From the NCBI GenBank assembly GCA_964016885.1, contig OZ024741.1, positions 65,162,001 to 65,226,000 on the forward strand: a stretch of 64,000 nucleotides of DNA, given 5' to 3'. The stretch's first letter is position 1. Each line of letters starts with the position of its first letter. The position numbers and the translations under genes are program-made. The stretch is from Eledone cirrhosa (lineage: Eukaryota). The notes beneath the pieces were generated by a model. The model was not told where the DNA came from, did not search any database, and was given only the letters and a program-made list of their open reading frames with translations. Positions 53,251 to 64,000 of the stretch are shown here, in pieces.

Positions 53251-53706
53251 ATTCATTAGTTAAGCAACACAAGACCACAAATTTCACAAGGAAGACATTA
53301 TTTAAAGATTGTCAACATAGTTGTAGTTTAATGTAAGGAATATAAAGAATAATAATACTAATACTAATAATTGTTTCTACTTTAGGCACAAGGCCAGCAA
53401 TTACCCAGTGCATTACTGGTACTTTATTTTATTGACCCCGTAAGGATGAAAGGCAAAGTTAACCTTAGCGGGATTTGAACTCAGAATGGCAAGGGCCGTA
53501 ACTCTATGCATCAAAGCATGGCGTCCGACGCTCTACCGATACTGCCAATCCACCGCCCTAATAATAATACTAATAATGTCCGTTTACAATTGTTTCGCTA
53601 CTCCATATAATGTTTCTGGATCATTAAACTATAACTATGTTGACAATCTTTAAATAATGTCTTCCTTGTGAAATTTGAGGTCTTGTTTTGCTTAACTAAT
53701 GAATAT
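53251..53706. repeat. fold-back element (~80-bp arms) interrupted by a SINE
   Basis: 53251-53332 is the reverse complement of 53621-53706. Confidence 0.8.
53366..53560 (-). mobile_element. complete tRNA-derived SINE (Meta-like) with TSD
   Basis: Minus strand gggcggtggattggcagtatcggtag (A-box), gagttcaaatccc (B-box); aataataatactaata is duplicated on both sides. Confidence 0.9.
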
Positions 53707-53861
53707 TTCCCGCCTCTGCATGAACCCAGCCACCTAGCTGCCTTCCACTGCATATTGCACATTGAGCACATGCCTTTATACTTTTGGCTTCTAACTAATT
53801 CACCAATCTCTCTTCTCCTCTCCTATCCCCATCTCTCTCTTTAAGATTGGTAACTCTTGAA

Positions 53862-53946
<85 letters not shown>

Positions 53947-53980
53947 GGCGTGCTGCGTTGTTGCAAATGGGATACATATG

Positions 53981-54015
<35 letters not shown>

Positions 54016-54102
54016 AATATAACGAACCAGAGAAATTGAATTTGTGCTAGCCCGCTGAATTTTTTACTTGCTCCATGATTTTATGGAACATGTATTTCCC
54101 AG

Positions 54103-54139
54103 GTACAAATCTGTATATCAGAGCACATACAATGAGTTG
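54103..54139 (+). CDS. candidate micro-exon (YKSVYQSTYNEL) of an unidentified host gene
   Basis: tttcccag acceptor and gttagt donor; phase-compatible with neighbouring candidates. No homology recognised. Confidence 0.25.
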
Positions 54140-54463
54140 GTTAGTGGCAAAAGCGGTGTTATGTTATGTTATATATATAACTGTAGAGCAAATATTTATT
54201 TATTTGAACAGATAAGTTTAAGTACAGATTTTTTGCTTTCACTCTTTAAAACAATCTTCAGAAACTGATAACAGCAATGGCAGTAAGAGACAACAAGGAT
54301 AAAACAACAACATAAAACAAAACCATTCATTTCATAATAGACAATCATGTCTGTCCCAGGAGGCATTTCAGACTCTTGGAGAAGATTTTATTTATGTCTA
54401 TCATACAAGAGATGGAGAGAGAGAGAAGGAGAGAGAGAGAGAGAGAGGGGGAGAGAGAGAGAA

Positions 54464-54539
<76 letters not shown>

Positions 54540-55049
54540 ATATGAAGATTTTAGTTCAGGTTATAGAAAATATCTCTTGGGAAATTCCTGCTAGAGAATT
54601 TGCTGTTATTTTTCTATTCCTTTCCAGAAAAATTGTGATAGATTAAAACATATATATATATTGATAGATAGATGTATAGAGAAAGGATATGTAGCCATTT
54701 ATATAGGTTTGATATAGATAGATAGAGAAGGAATATATAGCCTTTTATATAGGTTTGGCAGGAGTCAAGAGTGCAGGCTGGCATTCGGTTTAGGGTGTTT
54801 GCTGAGTATTTGTGGACTGATTGGAGCGGTCCACTGTCTTTGATTGTTTCATTATTTATCAAATTCAGAAGCATAAAAGTCAAAGTTGACCTCAACAAGC
54901 TTTTAATTCAGAACACAGAGCTAGAATAAATACTGTAAAGCATTTTGTCCAACACTAATGCTTCTGCCAATTTTCTTACCTCACAAACTTCTTAGAGTTA
55001 AAGTAGTTCATGCTGAGCTAACAGTCGTATTTACATATTTATATTTCAG

Positions 55050-55208
55050 AACATGTTAAATTCACAAGAAGGTTGTTCCATTGATCCAACAGTAGGAACA
55101 CTCACTGTTAGAACAGACGAAGGCCCATTCCATTCCATTCCATACACCCAGAATAGGTTTTTATATGTCAGACTATACTCTGTAACCACTGTGTCAAATT
55201 TCCTTTAA
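55050..55208 (+). CDS. candidate exon of an unidentified host gene
   Basis: tatttcag acceptor and an open frame NMLNSQEGCSIDPTVGTLTVRTDEGPFHSIPY... in non-repetitive sequence. Confidence 0.25.
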   Translation, partial: NMLNSQEGCSIDPTVGTLTVRTDEGPFHSIPYTQNRFLYVRLYSVTTVSNFL

Positions 55209-55419
55209 TAGAGTTTTATTGTAAGGTAACATGAGGCAGCATTGCTTATATAAGATTTGTAACCTTTTCCCTTTAAAGGTTATTTACACTGCACCATTTC
55301 ATCTATCACAATTGCTGTTTTAACCACCAATAGCACCACTACTGTTGTCAAAATTGACATTGTTGTTGATGTAACTACACCATATATATCTCTCCACTTC
55401 ACTAACAATTCTGTTTACT

Positions 55420-55960
55420 TAAGACCACCCCCACCATCACTGTCGCTGACATCAACACCACCACCACCACCATCACCACTGTCGTTGACATCAACGCCAC
55501 CACCACCACCACTGTCGCTGACATCAACACCACCACCGTCATTGACATCAACACCACCACCACCACCACTGTACTGACATCAACACCCCCACCACCATCC
55601 TCACCACTGTCGTTGACATCAACACTTCCACCCTCACTACTGTTGCTGACACCATCACCATCACCACTACCACCACCACTGTTGCTGACACCATCACCAC
55701 TGATGCCACCACCGTCATCATTGCTAACTCCCCTCACCTTCACTGCCACTACCACTACGACTCCACCACCACCACCAACAACAACAATGGTAACTCCAAC
55801 ACCACTACCACGACCACCACTCCACCGCCTTCACTGCAACCACCACCACCACCAACAACAACAATGGTAACTCCTCCATGACCACCACAACCACCACTCC
55901 ACCGCCTTCACTGCAACCACTACCAACAATAATGGTGACTCCACTACTATCACCAAATCT
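55420..55960. repeat. (CAC)-rich minisatellite (accaccactgtcgctgacatcaac)n
   Basis: Tandem units plus a duplicated ccactccaccgccttcactgcaaccac. Confidence 0.85.
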
Positions 55961-56185
55961 AACATCACCCCTATATTACTATGACTGTTACCACCATCAT
56001 TGGCACTGCTTCTCCTAACCACATAGAAACCATGCCCCCTCATCCCACCAACAATAAAATGGGTGTCAAAATATCTTGAAGTCCACCAAGTTTGTTAATC
56101 TTTAAAAATAAATTTTTTACAGAGGGAATTTTATTTTATTTATAATGTTGTTTGTTCTATTCACTTTTAGAGTGATGTGTCAATC

Positions 56186-56267
<82 letters not shown>

Positions 56268-56752
56268 CAAAAACAGTTACAGTAGCTGCTAGTAATTGTA
56301 AATTTATTAATGAACAAAAGTGATTCTACTTTAGGCACAAAGCCAGCAATTTGAAGGGGAGGGGAAAGTCGATTAAATCAACCCTAGTGCATTACTGGTG
56401 TTTTATTTATCGACCCTGTAAGGGTTAAATTTGGCTAACATTTGAAGGTATAAAATCAGCCCCTTCTGTCTAGGGCAGTGATACAGAACCGTTCTCAGAA
56501 AGGGGTCCATAAAATTCATGTAGAAAATTTCATAGCCCACCAAATTTAAATGTACTTTAAACTGTATTATTCAATATAGTAGTGTATATTTATTATTCAA
56601 TACAGTAAGGTATATATTTGAAATTTAAAAATTAATTATGCAGTAATGGACTCATGCCATCAATTATGACCTCTAGATTTAATTATGAAACTGTAAAGAG
56701 GCAAGTGTGAGGTGATTTTATCAGAGAATGACAACAGCAACAGCAACAACAA

Positions 56753-56812
<60 letters not shown>

Positions 56813-57341
56813 TGACAACGATGCGTTACAAGAAACTTAAAACTGTGATGTTTTACTTACTGAATTATGTGGGATAAAACCTTTATATTATTGCTATAAA
56901 ATAAAGTACCAGTAATACACTGGGTAATTGCTGGCCTTGTGCCAAAAGTAGAAACAATTATTGCTTGAACAGCTAGAAACAGTAGCCAAACCTTTGTTCA
57001 TATATCTCTCTATTATTATAAAAATAGAGGGACACGTCGGACAACATAGTCTTAGATATACTATGGATGGAAAATTAAATTATCAAACAAAATTATCCAT
57101 GGGTCTGCTCAACACATCACAAAACCCAGCATATTTTTTTTTTACTGTTTGATAAAATTGTTTTAGGATCCATGACTTCGATAGCTGTTTATACAGCATA
57201 TGATGTAAAGATATTTAGATAAAATACTGAACAGTTAGTAGAGAAATTAGTATGTTTGCTAAATTTTCTAATGAAACATACTGTTAGTCAACAACGTCCT
57301 TATAACGTTGATACCAGTAAAACAAACAACATAACTCTTCC

Positions 57342-57378
<37 letters not shown>

Positions 57379-59204
57379 GGGTCTCACACAAGTAAGCTAG
57401 TGAATTTGAATACCAAACTTGGTGTTACATTGCGTCCTTGGTCAAGACACTTTATTTTATGTTGCTCCAGTCCACTCACCTAGTAAAAATGAGTTGCGAT
57501 AACCATGTTGGTCAGCTGAATAAAGTAAACATTGAAAAACAGTACAAATCATAAAAATCATCTGGTGACTATGATCGTGTAATGTTTATATATTCAAATA
57601 TATATTTATTGTATTCATGAATAGTCTCCAGCGGTCGAAACGTTTTTTTTTTAAATCTATGAATACTTTAAAAAAAAGTTTGACTGGAATTATATATTTT
57701 TAATTAAAAACAAAATAATTCTATCGCTACGATTTTAGCATTAATTATAAGGGGCATAACTCTGCAATGGGTTTCCAATAAATTAGAGTTAATGCCCCTA
57801 GATACTTTCTAAATGTTTAACAGCTTTATTTTTGTACGAATGCATGCTTTAGTCTACCTTTAAGTAATTTAAGAGATTCTTTTATTAAGCTTCTAATTTA
57901 TTCATATATAATATCATTTACATTGATTACAATAAATTAAGCACAAATCTGAATATATTATCGGACACACACGAAGGTTTTAGCTCTATTTGGATAAACG
58001 TTTGACTACATTACATATAAACTATTATTTTTATGAATCATCAAGTTCGCTCTGAAATTAATCTGCTAGAAATGGCAACCAAAACACTCTGAAATCCCAC
58101 TCTATCTTCCTTGCGTCATGAGGTCAACAAACGAACCTTGATGACTTCATTAATAAGCATTGTGCATGGCATAACATTTTTGTCGGAGGATACACAAACG
58201 GTTTTTGGTGTCGTTCAATCAGCTTTTTTTGGAGGTGGGTGGGGTGGGTTTGGTGTAATTTTTTAAATTATTCCATCCGCCTCCGAGGCGTTTTTTTTTT
58301 AATGGAAAACGAGTAATTTACAGAAAATAGTAATTTACAACAGTTTTGAAGGCCGTACTTGTTCAAAATACAAGAAAAACATAAATTTCACCTTCAAAAT
58401 TCTAACCAAACCTATCAATTAGCTATCCTTAAAATTGATTTTTTTTGTACTAATGCCCACATCACGTAACGGGTGCAATAATCAAAATCCACCCTGTTGC
58501 CTTCCATTCTTGTATTTTTTACATGACACTATCTGCCTGACATCTTTGATCATAAGTCAGCTCAGTTAGGAGTGACTAGGGTTAAACAACAGCAACAATT
58601 ATTAATGTTATTAAGTTCATCTTGTATTTTATCGTCCCTAGTTTGCACAACACGTAATAAAATATTTCAAAGACGTTACAGATCTGACTGTTTCTGGCAA
58701 CCCGACATATATGGGTGTAAAATCTAACCTTCTTCAACATTATAAAATCAACTAGCTCTGCTTATTTGTGTTACGAACCAATACAGTAATTTTCGAAATT
58801 AACGGGTAAAAAAGGTTATCCTTAACCTCCAAAATATGAAAACATTATTGTGACCGAGAGGTGCAAACAGTTTCAACATTGTAGTAAAATATTTTATTAA
58901 TTCGAGAAAGCCTCAACGTGCTAGAAATATCAGCCAAATCTCCTTCAACTGACATCTTACTGTCTTAAAAGTAGAAAGGATACATATAATTATGTATTTG
59001 TGGGTACACGATGTATATGAGAAAAAGAAAGAAATGATCACGGCTAGAATGCCTTGCTCGTACATCTACTTAATCAGGGTTAATTCGGGGATTAAACAGC
59101 AATAGCATATATTACACGATTTCTTAAAACCTATTAAGATGTAATTTTAAAACTTACAAGCGAGATAACTCTATTTTAAACTAAACTATCTAAATTACAT
59201 TTAC

Positions 59205-60461
<1,257 letters not shown>

Positions 60462-60729
60462 GATATATGGAGATATATATATATAGATATATAGATATAT
60501 CTGTATATGTATATATGTGTATATATAGTAATATAGTAGTGTTTACGAAATTAACCATGTTCCATTGTCTCGCGATGACACAAGTCGAATTAATTACTGC
60601 TGTCTCCGCTCACTTTGATTCAAGAAACAAATTCTTGAATCAAAGTGGTTTCTTTTAGAATTTAGCAGGGGGAACAACATGGGATGAACAAAGCCAAAAG
60701 GATAAATTAATACTTTTGTATGTATGTAT

Positions 60730-62310
60730 GTCATCATCATCATCATCATCATCATAATCGTTTAATGTCTATCTTCCACGCTAGCATGGGTTTAGACGGG
60801 AATTGTCCCACTTGAGGCAAGATTGGTCGTCTCGTTCGCATGGGACTGTCTGGCGGGTTTTCTATGGCTGGATGCCCTTCCTAACACCAACCACGTTTAC
60901 AGCGTTAACCGTGTGTTTTTTTGTCGTGACACCTACACGACCTCATTTATTTAGGACTGGATGTTGTGGTACCAACATAACTTTACAGAGAAAGGGGTGA
61001 TGTTGATGGGGTGGGGGTGGAGAGTTGGGGGTAGTTGGATGGGGGTGTATATTTGATTATGAGGTGCCTACTGACTGTACTTAGGCAAGGCGGGTTTTCT
61101 GTATTACAACGTAGCGCCACAGATCTCGGTCAGTGACATTGTCTTAGAGAGGTGTAAGTGTGTAAGGTCGGAATTTATCAAATCGTCCCAGGTTTTTCTG
61201 GGTCTGCCTACTCCGTAACTTCCGTCAATTTTGATCACCCTGCAATTTTTTATACAGCTGTCGTCTTTCATGCGCATCAGGTGATCACACCAACATAGTC
61301 TTCTCTCGAGTAAACAGCATCTGACCCCTCTTATACCTAATTTCTCACTTAGTTCATTTATGCTTTGCTGTTCACGTATATTACTATTACACATCCAGCA
61401 GAGCTTGCATGCTTCGTTCCTCTCCAGTCTGCGCAGATCCTCTGCACACAATGCCCTGTCTCACTGCCATGTAACATAGCTGTTCGTATGCAGGCATCAT
61501 ACAGTCTGCCTTTCATTTTTAGAGAGAAACCTTTAGCGGTCAATAGTGGTATAAGCTCTCTAAACTTTTTCCATTCCGTTCTGACTCTGGCTACTGTACT
61601 TTCTGAGCACCCTCCACCACTGCTGATTTTGTCACCTAGGTAACGGAAGGTGTCCACTATTTCTATAGAGCCATCTAGGCAATAGAAGGAGCTAGTATCC
61701 TGTGTGCACTTGCTACTTATTGCACCTGAGCACCGGCCACATATAATATCTACGGTCTTAGATAGCTTACCTGTGATCCCACTACATCTTTTATGCACCC
61801 ATACTTTGCATTTGGGACATAAAATGGAATTTCTGCCTACTCCTTTCCTACACACTGAGCATGGCCATTTCCCAGAGGGGGCCTGTGCTCTATTTTCCTT
61901 CCTACATACTAGAACTTTAGTCTTAGACAAGGTAACTTTAAGGCCTTTTTCATTATAGGCCATGCTTCTATGTTTGGAATTTCTTCTCTAGTTCAGCCAT
62001 CGATTCAGGGGTTTACTTTTAGCTAGGTACTTCTCCTGTAGTTGTCGTACAAGGAAAAGGGCGTCTGTGGTACTTTTACCTGACACAAACCCAAACTGCA
62101 TTTCATCTAGATCAATTTGCTCTCTGATTAGTTGCGCTATAACTTTTTCTGTGACCTTCATGACCTGGTCAATTAATTTAATGCCTCTATAGTTACCCCT
62201 ATCTAGGGCGTCTCCTTTACCCTTGTAGCAGTTAATGATGCTGCTGCTACGCCAGTCATTTGGTATGACTCCGTTGTGTATGACTTGGTTTACTATCCAA
62301 GTGACCATAT
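60730..62310 (-). mobile_element. RTE LINE 3' portion with extended SINE-like 3' UTR and internal deletion
   Basis: YKGKGDALDRGNYRGIKL...QFGF, GKWPCSVCRKGVG..C..C..WVHKRC (PHD-like), LHGSET. Its 3' UTR is as in 3640-4035. Confidence 0.92.
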
Positions 62311-62494
62311 GTGTGTGTGTATATATATATATCACCTTGACCACCTTGACTGTTCAGTTTATTTCTAATCTGCTTAATTGTGAACATGCTGAATTCTTAG
62401 TCTCTTTCTGAAACTTGGTATGTTCTTTGATCTATGTATATATATATATATATATATATGTATACATATGCATATGTGTGTATATGTGTATGTT

Positions 62495-62800
62495 AAACCA
62501 CTGAGAGTGAAGGACCTCTAGCCTTTGTCAGAGCATTCTTCTAGGAGAAGACAACTCAGGAAACTGGGATAACTCCGATATAAAACCTGCGGCTCAGTAG
62601 TTACCGATGATGTTGATCTTTCTTTCTTTTCGGGTTATAGCTACTGTCGCTCAGAGAGTGGGATTGGCTCAGTGCACAGTCTTCCCTCACTTTAAAAAAT
62701 ATCTTCACGCACAGGCATTGCACGATAGAATTAATTAATAATTATTAATAACGGTATATCGTGCAATGGCCATATTCGATAACGAGGAGGCAGCCATCAT
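62495..62800 (+). mobile_element. bipartite RTE derivative, subfamily B (5'-truncated)
   Basis: Matches 29200-29462. Confidence 0.8.
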
Positions 62801-62929
62801 ATATATATATATATACACAATATATATGTTGAAAAGGTAACACACTAGAGAGAGATAGTGTTCCATCAATAAAACAGGGAAAACAACCAGTGTATGGAAT
62901 CTATCTATAAATTAATTTATCGTGATATA

Positions 62930-63411
62930 TATATGCTCCCCCGTTCTCTCTGTTTCTCTTACCTTCTTTCGCCCCCTCTGTCAGTTAACACTTTCTCTCG
63001 ACTGACCTCTTCCTCGCACTTCCACTCACTCACTCTCTGTTTCTCCCCTTCTCACTTCCTCCCGTTCGCTAGTAGTGGGGTTCCTTCTTTCTCACACCGC
63101 ATTCACGGCGTACGGTCTGCTTCTCTGACCGCTCATGAAATTCACCCGGCTTATGCTGATCGGATAACTATCATGTTGCTTGCTGTTTTCCCAACCTTCG
63201 GTTTGCTTTTCCTTCTGTTGTTTACTTGTCTCACTCGCTTTACGCGTTTCACTTGTCCCAATAGCTTATTTTAGTTATTGCTCGCACCAACCTGAGGTAT
63301 CTGATTTTTAATGTGATGAAATACCAATGATGGTTGGCAAATCACTGATGAGGGACTAATTTTATTATATGTAATCCATGTGCAACCATGCAGTATTCTT
63401 CTCCCCTTGTT

Positions 63412-63415
<4 letters not shown>
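62930..63415 (+). mobile_element. Penelope-style non-coding element, same family as 13077-13675
   Basis: Shared ctcttcctc.cactt.cactc, gctcgcaccaacc and ctgatga.ggactaattttatt.atatgtaa.ccatgtgcaacca motifs; ends at (TA)n. Confidence 0.7.
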
Positions 63416-63493
<78 letters not shown>

Positions 63494-63760
63494 ATAGATA
63501 TATTTTTAAATCTCACTAACTTACATTCTTTATCTCTCACTGAAATCACACTATTGACTAAGCTGACTTCTACCTTCCCTGTCTATATAGTTTTCTCTGA
63601 AACTTTTTATGAACAATAGATACTTTATTGGTTGCTGCTCTATGCCATTCCTGACTTCCATGTTTTGTTGCATTTGTTTTACTTTTGACTGGATGATGTT
63701 GGTTGGTTTTGCAAGTCTTTGTATGTGTGTGGTTTTATGTCTATGTATAGTCATGTCTGA

Positions 63761-63819
<59 letters not shown>

Positions 63820-63905
63820 GAAGGAATTGTGGTAAGGAACCAGATGGACCATAACGCACCAAAGTACTCAATACTTAGGGTAGTAGAGTGGGTAATAGGA
63901 ACAAG

Positions 63906-64000
63906 TATGATCCCGACGGCAGAGCTCAAGCCGTTTCGACGGCTATTTCGGGTTCAGAAATAGCCGTCGAAACGGCTTGAGCTCTGCCATCGGGGTCATA
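63906..64000. repeat. long GC-rich hairpin running to the window end
   Basis: tatgatcccgacggcagagctcaagccgtttcgacggctatttc / gaaatagccgtcgaaacggcttgagctctgccatcggggtcata. A related sequence lies at 40083-40122. Confidence 0.85.

Noticed and set aside
53480-53560. tRNA genes at SINE heads
   Set aside because: A and B boxes are present, but there is no cloverleaf and each continues into a SINE body.
56730-56815. (CAG/CAA)n polyglutamine exon
   Set aside because: No extended open frame or clear splice signals; a simple trinucleotide repeat.

Overview
Eukaryotic, AT-rich, non-coding-dominated window with extreme (TA)n/(TATG)n/(CA)n/(GAT)n microsatellite density. The repeat spectrum suggests a mollusc, probably an octopus or other cephalopod (inference). 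No recognisable host gene is present, and most ORFs in the track are microsatellite artefacts. Recognisable content: (1) a near full-length but frameshifted L1/Tx1 LINE (21850-27668, -) and a second Tx1 3' fragment; (2) several RTE-clade LINE families, including a near full-length copy at 33040-36160; (3) R4/Dong-type RLE-endonuclease LINE fragments that sit in microsatellites; (4) CR1 fragments; (5) an internally deleted Hsmar2-like mariner, plus small Tc1- and piggyBac-like MITEs; (6) tRNA-derived SINEs; (7) a ~600-bp bipartite non-autonomous RTE derivative with a (TATG)n tail. Most interesting are many fold-back, tandem Penelope-style non-coding elements in (TA)n arrays. These include a tandem pair of intact minimal hammerhead ribozymes 413 nt apart (retrozyme-like) and a two-copy hammerhead with a non-canonical U3:A8/C13 core. 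There is also an apparent microsatellite niche in which RTE-made (TATG)n tails are the insertion targets of R4-like elements. A speculative chain of in-frame micro-exons lies at 46.8-55.2 kb. Repeat boundaries were read by eye and are approximate.
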